From the human T2T-CHM13v2.0 reference genome, Homo sapiens, in assembly GCF_009914755.1 (NCBI RefSeq), contig NC_060948.1: a DNA stretch of 64,000 bases. The stretch is one strand, 5' to 3'. Every line of letters starts with the position of its first letter. The stretch's first letter is position 1. The notes beneath the pieces were generated by a model that was given only the letters and a program-made list of their open reading frames with translations, did not search any database and was not told the origin of the DNA. Positions 1-18,525 of this stretch are shown here, piece by piece. The position numbers were made by a program, and so were the translations under genes.

Positions 1-1320
1 GTATTAAATATAAATTATATATTATATACATTATATATAATATATCTGTTATATATAATACACATTATGCATAATATATATATTATGTCTATGTTATATA
101 TAGTATAAAACAACATATAATAATATATAATTGTATATATAAAAGGTGACATATAATATATATTATATTTTATGACATATGTAATATATATTATATATTA
201 TATATAATACGTTGTATGTATAATACCTATATTAAATATATATGATATCACTATGTTATTAATTACATGTCACATGTGTTATATATTATATATTTTACAT
301 ACAATATACCGGTTACATACAATATATACTATCTTACCTACAATGTATAATTTATTACATGTAAAATAAAGAATGCAGTATATTATGTATAATTTATAAT
401 ATACAATATGTGGAATGCGATATATATAACATATAATATATGATATATGATATACAGTATATGATATATAACATACAATATATGATACCTAATATATATG
501 GTATACAATATATATTTTATGATATGTATTCTATATGTTTTATATTCTGTTATATATAACTATTTGAAATTATATATAACTGTATAATATTTTATGTAAA
601 TATGTAATATAATATATATAACTATATAATATATTATATATAAATATATATTATGTTATATATACTTTTATAACATAATTTACATAAAATGTCATAATAT
701 AATATAGATTATATTATTTCATATTACATAATATATATTGCATATCACCCAATATAAGTAACATACATAATATTATAATATAGATTATATTATGTTATAT
801 TAAATGTCATATATATCATGTATCATATATTCTATAATATATATTATACATTTTATAATATGTATGTTGTCTATTATGTGATATATATAACTATATATAA
901 TTATATTATTATACATATAACTAGATAAACATGTAATTCTACATATTTTCATTTATAATATATAGAATTATATAATCATATATAATTATTTATATTCTAT
1001 AAAAAATTATATCATTATATAAATTATAATATATAAAAATTATAATACGTACTACAAATATATATATTATATATCATATATGATATAGTACCTTTGTTAT
1101 ATATCATAGTACATATAAATGTGTATTATGTTATCTATAATTATATAAATTCATATATAAGATGTATAATATGTATTATATATTATATATGTTATGTAAT
1201 ATATATAGTATATATAAGATGACACAGGATAAATATTATATACTATGACATATAAAATATATGAGGTTATATGTTACATATAAGGCATAGCACATAACAT
1301 GTAATATATATCATCTATAA
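1..1320. repeat. AT-rich low-complexity segment (partial first unit)
   Basis: Degenerate (TA)n/(TATAT)n/(ATATGAT)n sequence, colinear with the AT-rich segment of every other unit. Confidence 0.9.
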
Positions 1321-1612
1321 TTTTTTTTTAGACAGAGTCTTGTCCTGTTGCACAGGATGGAGTACAATGGCGCCATCTTTGCTCACAGCAACATCTGCCT
1401 CACGGGTCTAAGCGATTGTCCTCCCTCAACCTCCCAGGTAGCTGGGACTACACCACACTGGGACTACACCAGCTGCCACCAGGCCTAGCTAATTTTTTGG
1501 ATTTTTAGTAGTGACAGCGTTTCACTGTATTGGCCAGGATGGTCTTGATCTCTTCACCTTGTGATCCCCTTGCCTTGGCCTCCAAATTTGCTGGGATTAC
1601 AGGCCTGAGCCA
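1321..1612 (-). mobile_element. Diverged Alu (unit 1), 5'-truncated ~12 nt
   Basis: T9 tail, then reverse-complement Alu motifs (gctgggactac, tttttagtag, ggccaggatggtcttgatctc, gctgggattacagg, tgagcca). Confidence 0.93.
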
Positions 1613-2187
1613 AGATCCATATTTTTTAAATGAAAAAAAATTTCAAAGGTACTCTGCTTGGTACAATAATCAAATGTATAAACTGAGGAATAAAACATAA
1701 CCATGAAAGCTACTTATAACTGCATATGGAAAATACAGAGGATAGTTTTTTAAATAACATATTTTGAAAGCCTTAACTAGCAATTTGAATAGTTGGCATT
1801 TGAAAGGACAGTATGAATATACATTCAAAGCAGCAACACAGGTTCCCCATGAGAAAAAGCAAACTCAGGGAAAATAAAACCACAAAGGTTCAATCTCTTC
1901 TGATCTTTGAAAGACACAGCACAGACAGTGGTCCTTAGGAGGAAGAGCGGGAGACCCCTAATTCCGTCACCATGGCGATAGGGCATAAACATTGCTAGGT
2001 GAGGGCACAATCCACATTGTGAGGTCCAACTGCTGCCAGGAAGACAGGAGTGCTTTTACATAGACCGAAAGGTCATTGAAGGCTCAGAGTTTTGTTTCAA
2101 GAACTGAATCCCAAGCCCACACGTTATTAGGCTGCGCTTCTTAAAACAAGTTATGAGATGGGAAAAAGGGCACCCACAAACATACGT
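1613..2187. repeat. HSATI-like non-Alu, GC-balanced segment (unit 1); repeated ~570 bp immediately after every Alu copy
   Basis: Non-low-complexity segment from agatccatat to cacccacaaacatacg, nearly identical in all 26 units. The HSATI label comes from the known DYZ2 composition, not from a search. Confidence 0.8.
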
Positions 2188-4027
<1,840 letters not shown>

Positions 4028-6125
4028 AGATCCATATTTTTTAAATGAAAAAAAATTTCAAAGGTACTCTGCTTGGTACAATAATCAAATGTACAAACTG
4101 AGGAATAAAACATAACCATGAAAGCTACTTATAACTGCATATGGAAAATACAGAGGATAATTTTTTAAGTAACATATTTTGAAAGCCTTAACTAGTAATT
4201 TGAAGAGTTGGCATTTGAAAGGACAGTATGAATATACCTCCAAAGCAGCAACACAGGTTCCCCATGAGAAAAAGCAAACTCAGGGAAAATAAAACCACAA
4301 AGGTTCAATCTCTTCTGACCTTTGAAAGACACAGCACAGACAGTGGTCCTTAGGACGAAGAGCAGGAGACCCCTAATTCCGTCACCATGGCGATAGGGCA
4401 TAAACATTGCTGGGTGAGGGCACAATCCACATTGTGAGGTCCAACTGCTGCCAGGAAGACAGGAGTGCTTTTACATAGACCGAAAGGTCATTCAAGGCTC
4501 AGAGTTTTGTTTCAAGAACTGAATCCCAAGCCCACACGTTATTAGGCTGCGCTTCTTAAAACAAGTTATGAGATGGGAAAAAGGGCACCCACAAACATAC
4601 GTATACATTATGTATATAATAATATACAGTATCATATATATAATATATATAACCTATGTATAATATTGTTTTACATCCTGCATCTTATACTATATATATT
4701 GTATAAAATATAATAATTGATAATATATAAGTTTTATATTTATAGAATATGACATATAGTATATATTATAATTTATGACATATATATTATAAGTTATATA
4801 TCATATATAGAATATATTATACGGTTAATATAAGTATTAAATATAAATTATATATTATATACATTATATGTAATATATCTGTTATATATAATACCCATTA
4901 TGCATAATATATATATTATGTCTATGTTATATATAGTATAAAACAACATATAATAATATATAATTGTATATAAAAAATGTGACATATAATATATATTATA
5001 TTTTATGACATATGTAATATATATTATATATTATATATAATACGTTGTATGTATAATACCTATATTAAATATATATGATATGACTATGTTATTAATTATA
5101 TGTGACATGTGTTATATATTATATATTTTACATACAATATACCGGTTACATACAATATATACTATGTTACCTGTAATGTATAATTTATTACATGTAAAAT
5201 AAAGAATGCAATATATTATGTATAATTTATAATATACAATATGTGGAATGTGATATATATAACTTATATGATATATGATATACAGTATATGATATATAAC
5301 ATACAATATATGATACCTAATATATATGGTATACAATATATATTTTATGATATGTATTCTATATGTTTTATATTCTGTTATATATAACTATTTGAAATTA
5401 TATATAACTGTATAATATTTTATGTAAATATGTAATATAATATATATAACTATATAATATATTATATATAACTATATATTATGTTATATATACTTTTATA
5501 ACATAATTTACATAAAATGTCATAATATAATGTATATTATATTATTTCATATTACATAATATATATTGCATATCACCCAATATAAGTAACATACATAATA
5601 TTATAATATAGATTATATTATGTTATATTAAATATCATATATATCATGTATCATATATTCTATAATATATATTATACATTATATAATATGTATGTTGTCT
5701 ATTATGTGATATATATAACTATATATAATTATATTATTATACATATAACTAGATAAACATGTAATTCTACATATTTTCATTTATAATATATAGAATTATA
5801 TAATCATATATAATTATTTATATTCTATAAAAAATTATATCATTATATAAATTATAATATATAAAAATTATAATACGTACTACAAATATATATATTATAT
5901 ATCATATATGATATAGTACCTTTGTTATATATCATAGTACATATAAATGTGTATTATGTTATCTATAATTATATAATTTCATATATAAGATGTATAATAT
6001 GTATTATATATTATATATGTTATGTAATATATATAGTATATATAAGATGACACAGGATAAATATTATATACTATGACATATAAAATATATGAGGTTATAT
6101 GTTACATATAAGGCATAGCACATAA

Positions 6126-6440
<315 letters not shown>

Positions 6441-8544
6441 AGATCCATATTTTTTAAATGAAAAAAAATTTCAAAGGTACTCTGCTTGGTACAATAATCA
6501 AATGTATAAACTGAGGAATAAAACATAACCATGAAAGCTACTTATAACTGCATATGGAAAATACAGAGGATAATTTTTTAATAACATATTTTGAAAGCCT
6601 TAACTAGTAATTTGAAGAGTTGGCATTTGAAAGGCCAGTATGAATATACCTTCAAAGCAGCAACACAGGTTCCCCATGAGAAAAAGCAAACTCAGGGAAA
6701 ATAAAACCGCAAAGGTTCAATCTCTTCTGACGTATGAAAGACACAGCACAGACAGTGGTCCTTAGGAGGAAGAGCAGGAGACCCCTAATTCCGTCACCAT
6801 GGCGATAGGGCATAAACATTGCTGGGTGAGGGCACAATCCACATTGTGAGGTCCAACTGCTGCCAGGAAGACAGGAGTGCTTTTACATAGACCGAAAGGT
6901 CATTGAAGGCTCAGAGTTTTGTTTCAAGAACTGAATCCCAAGCCCACACGTTATTAGGCTGCGCTTCTTAAAACAAGTTATGAGATTGGAAAAAGGGCAC
7001 CCACAAACATACGTATACATTATGTATATAATAATATACAGTATCATATATATAATATATATAACCTATGTATAATATTGTTTTACATCCTGCATCTTAT
7101 AATATATATATTGTATAAAATATAATAATTGATAATATATAAGTTTTATATTTATACAATATGACATATAGTATATATTATAATTTATGACATATATTAT
7201 GTATGTTATATATCATATATAGAATATATTATACGGTTAATATACGTATTAAGTATGAATTATACATTATATATATTATATATAATATATCTGTTATATA
7301 TAATACCCATTATGCATAATATATATATTATGTCTATGTTATATATTGTATAAAACAACATATAATAATATATAATTGTATATATAAAATGCGACATATA
7401 ATATATATTATATTTTATGATATATGTAGTATATATTATATATTATATATAATACGTTGTATGTATAATACCTATATTAAATATATATTATATGACTATG
7501 TTATTAATTATATGTCACATATGTTATATATTATATATTTTACATAGAATATACCGGTTACATACAATATATACTATGTTACCTATAATGTATAATTTAT
7601 TACATGTAAAATAAAGAATGCAATATATTACGTATAATTTATAATATACAATATGTGGAATGTGATACATATAACATATAATATATGTTATATGATATAC
7701 AGTATATGATATATAACATACAATATATGATACCTAATATATATGGTATACAATATATATTTTATGATATGTATTCTATATGTTTTATATTCTGTTATAT
7801 ATAACTATTTGAAATTATATGTAACTGTATAATATTTTATGTAAATATGTAATATAATATATACAACTATATAATATATTATATATAACTATATATTATG
7901 TTATATATACTTTTATAACATAATTTACATAAAATATCATAATATAATATATATTATATTATTTCACATTACGTAATATATATTACACATCACCCAATAT
8001 AAGTAACACACATAATATTATAATATAGATTATATTATGTTATATTAAATCTCATATATATCATGTATCATATATTCTGTAATATATATTATACAATATA
8101 TAATATGTATGTTGTCTATTATGTGATATATATAACTATATATATAATTATATTATTATACATATAACTAGATGAACATGTAATTCTACATATTTTAATT
8201 TATAATATATGGAATTATATAATCATATATAATTATTTATATTCTATAAAAAATTATATCATTATATAAATTATAATATATAAAAATTATAATATGTACT
8301 ACAAATATATATATTATATATCATATATGATATAGTACCTTTGTTATATATCATAATACATATAAATGTGTATTATGTTATCTATAATTATATAATTTCA
8401 TATATAAGATGTATAATATGTATTATATATTATATATGTTATGTAATATATATAGTATATATAAGCTGACACAGGATAAATATTATATACTATGACATAT
8501 AAAATATATGAGGTTATATGTTACATATAAGGCATAGCACATAA

Positions 8545-8859
<315 letters not shown>

Positions 8860-10962
8860 AGATCCATATTTTTTAAATGAAAAAAAATTTCAAAGGTACT
8901 CTGCTTGGTACAATAATCAAATGTATAAACTGAGGAATAAAACATAACCATGAAACCTACTTATAACTGCATATGGAAAATACAGAGGATAATTTTTTAA
9001 ATAACATATTTTGAAAGCCTTAACTAGTAATTTGAAGAGTTGGCATTTGAAAGGCCAGAATGAATATACCTTCAAAGCAGCAACACAGGTTCCCCATGAG
9101 AAAAAGCAAACTCAGGGAAAATAAAACCACAAAGGTTCAATCTCTTCTGACCTTTGAAAGACACAGCACAGACAGTGGTCCTTAGGACGAAGAGCAGGAG
9201 ACCCCTAATTCCGTCACCATGGCGATAGGGCATAAACACTGCTGGGTGAGGGCACAATCCACATTGTGAGGTCCAACTGCTGCCAGGAAGACAGGAGTGC
9301 TTTTACATAGACCGAAAGTTCATTGAAGGCTCAGAGTTTTGTTTCAAGAACTGAATCCCAAGCCCACACGTTATTAGGCTGCGCTTCTTAAAACAAGTTA
9401 TGAGATGGGAAAAAGGGCACCCACAAACATACGTATACATTATGTATATAATAATATACAGTATCATATATATAATATATATAACCTATGTATAATATTG
9501 TTTTACATCCTGCATCTTATATTATATATATTGTGTAAAATATAATAATTGATAATATATAAGTTTTATATTTATACAATATGACATATAGTATATATTA
9601 TAATTTATGACATATATAATATATTTTATATATCATATATAGAATATATTATACGGTTAATATACGTATTAAATATAAATTATACATTATATGTATTATA
9701 TATAATATATCTGCTATATATAATACCCATTATGCATAATATATATATTATGTCTATGTTATGCATAGTATAAAACAACATATAATAATATATAATTGTG
9801 TATATAAAATGCGACATATAATATATATTATATTTTATGACATCTGTAATATATATTATATATTATATATAATACATTGTATGTATAATACCTATATTAA
9901 ATATATATTATATGACTATGTTATTAATTACATGTCACATATGTTATATATTATATATTTTACATAGAATATACCGGTTACATACAATATATACTATGTT
10001 ACCTATAATGTATAATATATTACATGTAAAATAAAGAATGCAATATATTATGTGTAATTTATAATATACAATATGTGGAATGTGATATATATAACATATA
10101 ATATATGATATATGATATACAGTATATGATATATAACATACAATATATGATACCTAATATATATGGTATACAATATATATTTTATGATATGTATTCTATA
10201 TGTTTTATATTCTGTTATATATAACTATTTGAAATTATATATAACTGTATAATATTTTATGTAAATATGTAATATAATATATATAACTATATAATATATT
10301 ATATATAACTATATATTATGTTATATATACTTTTATAACTTAATTTACATAAAATATCATAGTATAATATATATTATATTACTTCATATTACATAATATA
10401 TATTACATATCACCCAATATAAGTAACATACATAATATTATAATATGCATTATATTATGTTATATTAAATATCATATATATCATGTATCATATATTCTAT
10501 AATATATATTATACATTATATAATATGTATGTTGTCTATTATGTGATATATATAACTATATATAATTATATTATTATACATATAACTAGATAAACATGTA
10601 ATTCTACATAATTTCATTTATAATGTATAGAATTATATAATCATATATAATTATTTATATTCTATAAAAAATTATATCATTATATAAATTATAATATATA
10701 AAAATTATAATACGTACTACAAATATATATATTATATATCATATATGATATAGTACCTTTGTTATATATCATAGTACATATAAATGTGTATTATGTTATC
10801 TATAATTATATAATTTCATATATAAGATGTATAATATGTATTATATATTATATATGTTATGTAATATATATAGTATATATAAGATAACACAGGATAAATA
10901 TTATATACTATGACATATAAAATATATGAGGTTATATGTTACATATAAGGCATAGCACATAA

Positions 10963-11277
<315 letters not shown>

Positions 11278-13380
11278 AGATCCATATTTTTTAAATGAAA
11301 AAAAATTTGAAAGGTACTCTGCTTGGTAGAATAATCAAATGTATAAACTGAGGAATAAAACATAACCATGAAAGCTACTTATAACTGCATATGGAAAATA
11401 CAGAGGATAATTTTTTAAATAACATATTTTGAAAGCCTTAACTAGTAATTTGAAGAGTTGGCATTTGAAAGGACAGTATGAATATACCTTCAAAGCAGCA
11501 ACACAGGTTCCCCATGAGAAAAAGCAAACTCAGGGAAAATAAAACCAAAAAGGTTCAATCTCTTCTGATCTTTGAAAGACACAGCACAGACAGTGGTCCT
11601 TAGGACGAAGAGCAGGAGACCCCTAATTCCGTCACCATGGCGATAGGGCAGAAACATTGCTGGGTGAGGGCACAATCCACATTGTGAGGTCCAACTGCTG
11701 CCAGGAAGACAGGATTGCTTTTACATAGACCGAAAGGTCATTGAAGGCTCAGAGTTTTGTTTCAAGGACTGAATCCCAAGCCCACACCTTATTAGGCTGC
11801 GCTTCTTAAAACAAGTTATGAGATGGGAAAAAGGGCACCCACAAACATACGTATACATTATGTATATAAAAATATACAGTATCATATATATAATATATAT
11901 AACCTATGTATAATATTGTTTTACATCCTGCATCTTATACTATATATATTGTATAAAATATAATAATTGATAATATATAAGTTTTATATTTATACAATAT
12001 GACATATATTATATATTATAATTTATGATATATATATTATATGTTATATATCATATATAGAATATATTATACGGTTAATATTCGTATTAAATATAAATTA
12101 TATATTATATACATTATATATAATATATCTGTTATATATAATACACATTATGCATATTATATATATTATGTCTATGTTATATATAGTATAAAACAACATA
12201 TAATAATATATAATTGTATATATAAAAGGTGACATAAAATATATATTATATTTTATGACATATGAAATATATATTATATATTACATATAATACGTTGTAT
12301 GTATAATACCTATAATAAATATATATGATATGACTATGTTATTAATTACATGTCACATGTGTTATATATTATATATTTTACATACAATATACCGGTTACA
12401 TACAATATATACTATGTTACCTACAATGTATAATTTATTACATGTAAAATAAAGAATGCAGTATATTATGTATAATTTATAATATACAATATGTGGAATG
12501 TGATATATATAACATATAATATATGATATATGATATACAGTATATGATATATAACATACAATATATGATACCTAATATATATGGTATACAATATATATTT
12601 TATGATATGTATTCTATATGTTTTATATTCTGTTATATATAACTATTTGAAATTATATATAACTGTATAATATTTTATGTAAATTTGTAATATAATATAT
12701 ATAACTATATAATATATTATATATAACTATATATTATGTTATATATACTTTTATAACATAATTTACATAAAATGTCATAATATAATGTATATTATATTAT
12801 TTCATATTACATAATATATATTGCATATCACCCAATATAAGTAACATACATAATATTATAATATAGATTATATTATGTTATATTAAATATCATATATATC
12901 ATGTATCATATATTCTATAATATATATTATACATTATATAATATGTATGTTGTCTATTATGTGATATATATAACTATATATAATTATATTATTATACATA
13001 TAACTAGATAAACATGTAATTCTACATATTTTCATTTATAATATATAGAATTATATAATCATATATAATTATTTATATTCTATAAAAAATTATATCATTA
13101 TATAAATTATAATATATAAAAATTATAATACGTACTACAAATATATATATTATATATCATATATGATATAGTACCTTTGTTATATATCATAGTACATATA
13201 AATGTGTATTATGTTATCTATAATTATATAATTTCATATATAAGATGTATAATATGTATTATATATTACATATGTTATGTAATATATATAGTATATATAA
13301 GATGACACAGGATAAATATTATATACTATGACATATAAAATATATGAGGTTATATGTTACATATAAGGCATAGCACATAA

Positions 13381-13695
<315 letters not shown>

Positions 13696-15796
13696 AGATC
13701 CATATTTTGTAAATGAAAAAAAATTTCAAAGGTACTCTGCTTGGTACAATAATCAAATGTATAAACTGAGGAATAAAACATAACCATGAAAGCTACTTAT
13801 AACTGCATATGGAAAATACAGAGGATAATTTTTTAAATAACATATTTTGAAAGCCTTAACTAGTAATTTGAAGAGTTGGCATTTGAAAGGCCAGTATGAA
13901 TATACCTTCAAAGCAGCAACACAGGTTCCCCATGAGAAAAAGCAAACTCAGGGAAAATAAAACCGCAAAGGTTCAATCTCTTCTGACCTATGAAAGACAC
14001 AGCACAGACAGTGGTCCTTAGGAGGAAGAGCAGGAGACCCCTAATTCCGTCACCATGGCGATAGGGCATAAACATTGCTGGGTGAGGGCACAATCCACAT
14101 TGTGAGGTCCAACTGCTGCCAGGAAGACAGGAGTGCTTTTACATAGACCGAAAGGTCATTGAAGGCTCAGAGTTTTGTTTCAAGAACTGAATCCCAAGCC
14201 CACACGTTATTAGGCTGCGCTTCTTAAAACAAGTTATGAGATTGGAAAAAGGGCACCCACAAACATACGTATACATTATGTATATAATAATATACAGTAT
14301 CATATATATAATATATATAACCTATGTATAATATTGTTTTACATCCTGCATCTTATACTAAATATATTGTATAAAATATAATAATTGATAATATATAAGT
14401 TTTATATTTATACAATATGACATATAGTATATATTATAATTTATGACATATATATTATAAGTTATATACCATATATAGAATATATTATACGGTTAATATA
14501 CGTATTAAATATAAATTATACATTATATATATTATATATAATATATCTGCTATATATAATACCCATTATGCATAATATATATATTATGTCTATGTTATAT
14601 ATAGTATAAAACAACCTATAATAATATATAATTGTATATATAAAATGCGACATATAATATATATTATATTTTATGACATATGTAATATATATTATATATT
14701 ATATATAATACGTTGTATGTATAATACCTATATTAAATATATATTATATGACTATGTTATTAATTACGTGTCACATATGTTATATATTATATATTTTACA
14801 TAGAATATACCGGTTACATACAATATATACTATGTTACCTATAATGTATAATTGATTACATGTAAAATAAAGAATGCAATATATTATGTATAATTTATAA
14901 TATACAATATGTGGAATGTGATATATATAACATATAATATATGATATAGGATATACAGTATATGATATATAACATACAATATATGATACCTAGTATATAT
15001 GGTATACAATATATATTTTATGATATGTATTCTATATGTTTTATATTCTGTTATATATAACTATTTGAAATTATATATAACTGTATAATATTTTATGTAA
15101 ATATGTAATATAATATATAACTATATAATATATTATATATAACTATATATTATGTTATATATACTTTTATAACATAATTTACATAAAATATCATAATATA
15201 ATATATATTATATTATTTCATATTACATAATATATATTACATATCACCCAATATAAGTAACATACATAATATTATAATATAGATTATATTATGTTATATT
15301 AAATATCATATATATCATGTATCATATATTCTATAATATATATGATACATTATATAATATTTATGTTGTCTATTATGTGATATATATAACTATATATAAT
15401 TATATTATTATACATATTACTAGATAAACATGTAATTCTACATATTTTCATTTATAATATATAGAATTATATAATCATATATAATTATTTATATTCTATA
15501 AAAAATTATATCATTATATAAATTATAATATATAAAAATTATAATATGTACTACAAATATATATATTATATATCATATATGATATAGTACCTTTGTTATA
15601 TATCATAATACATATAAATGTGTATTATGTTATCTATAATTATATAATTTCATATATGAGATGTATAATATGTATTATATATTATATATGTTATGTAATA
15701 TATATAGTATATATAAGATGACACAGGATAAATATTATATACTATGACATATAAAATATATGAGATTATATGTTACATATAAGGCATAGCACATAA

Positions 15797-16111
<315 letters not shown>

Positions 16112-18234
16112 AGATCCATATTTTTTAAATGAAAAAAAATTTCAAAGGTACTCTGCTTGGTACAATAATCAAATGTATAAACTGAGGAATAAAACATAAC
16201 CATGAAACCTACTTATAACTGCATATGGAAAATACAGAGGATAATTTTTTAAATAACATATTTTGAAAGCCTTAACTAGTAATTTGAAGAGTTGGCATTT
16301 GAAAGGCCAGTATGAATATACCTTCAAAGCAGCAACACAGGTACCCCATGAGAAAAAGCAAACTCAGGGAAAATAAAACCACAAAGGTTCAATCTCTTCT
16401 GACCTTTGAAAGACACAGCACAGACAGTGGTCCTTAGGACGAAGAGCAGGAGACCCCTAATTCCGTCACCATGGCGATAGGGCATAAACATTGCTGGGTG
16501 AGGGCACAATCCACATTGTGAGGTCCAACTGCTGCCAGGAAGACAGGAGTGCTTTTACATAGACCAAAAGGTCATTGAAGGCTCAGAGTTTTGTTTCAAG
16601 AACTGAATCCCAAGCCCACACGTTATTAGGCTGCGCTTCTTAAACAAGTTATGAGATGGGAAAAAGGGCACCTACAAACATAAGTATACATTATGTATAT
16701 AATAATATACAGTATCATATATATAATATATATAACCCATGTATAATATTGTTTTACATCCTGCATCTTATATTATATATATTGTATAAAATATAATAAT
16801 TGATAATATATAAATTTTATATTTATACAATATGACATATAGTATATATTATAATTTATTACATATATAATATATGTTATATATCATATATAGAATATAT
16901 TATACGGTTAATATACGTATTAAATATAAATTATACATTATATATATTATATAAAATATATCTGCTATATATAATACCCATTGTGCATAATATATATATT
17001 ATGTCTATGTTATATATAGTATAAAACAACATATAATAATATATAATTGTATATATAAAACGCGACATATAATATATATTATATTTTATGACATATGTAA
17101 TATATATTATATATTATATATAATACGTTGTTTGTATAATACCTATAATAAATATAAATTATATGACTATGTTATTAATTTCATGTCACATATGTTATAT
17201 ATTATATATTTTACATAGAATATACCGGTTACATACAATATATACTATGTTACCTATAATGTATAATTTATTACATGTAAAATAAAGAATGCAATATATT
17301 ATGTATAATTTATAATATACAATATGTGGAATGTGATATATATAACATATAATATATTATATATGATATACAGTATATGATATATAACATACAATATATG
17401 ATACCTAATATATATGGTATACAATATATATTTTATGATATGTATTCTATATGTTTTATATTCTGTTATATATAACTATTTGAAATTATATATAACTGTA
17501 TAATATTTTATGTAAATATGTAATATAATATATAACTATATAATATATTATATATAACTATATATTATGTTATATATACTTTTATAACATAATTTACATA
17601 AAATATCATAATATAATATATATTATATTATTTCATATTACATAATATATATTACATATCACCCAATATAAGTAACATACATAATATTATAATATAGATT
17701 ATATTATGTTATATTAAATATCATATATATCATGTATCATATATTCTATAATATATATGATACATTATATAATATGTATGTTGTCTATTATGTGATATAT
17801 ATAACTATATATAATTATATTATTATACATATTACTAGATAAACATGTAATTCTACATATTTTCATTTATAATATATAGAATTATATAATCATATATAAT
17901 TATTTATATTCTATAAAAAATTATATCATTATATAAATTATAATATATAAAAATTATAATATGTACTACAAATATATATATTATATATCATATATGATAT
18001 AGTACCTTTGTTATATATCATAATACATATAAATGTGTATTATGTTATTTATAATTATATAATTTCATATATAAGATGTATAATATGTATTATATATTAT
18101 ATATGTTATGTAATATATATAGTATATATAAGATGACACAGGATAAATATTATATACTATGACATATAAAATATATGAGGTTATATGTTACATATAAGGC
18201 ATAGCACATAACATGTAATATATATCATATATAA

Positions 18235-18525
<291 letters not shown>

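Noticed and set aside
1305-1630. Possible target-site duplication around the Alu (atcat..aattttt vs atccatatttttt)
   Set aside because: The similarity is too short and low-complexity to distinguish from chance.
1621-1700. Short inverted repeats (tttttt-aaatg-aaaaaa), paired GGTAC and AATAAA motifs after the Alu
   Set aside because: Expected by chance in A/T-rich DNA; there is no transcript context to support terminator or poly(A) function.
1825-2010. Recurrent 61-aa minus-strand ORF (MCPHPAMFMPY...) in almost every unit
   Set aside because: It starts at TTG, not ATG, and resembles no protein family I recognise. It is absent from the track in unit 10 (an in-frame stop appears near 23634). 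Recurrence is explained by tandem amplification.
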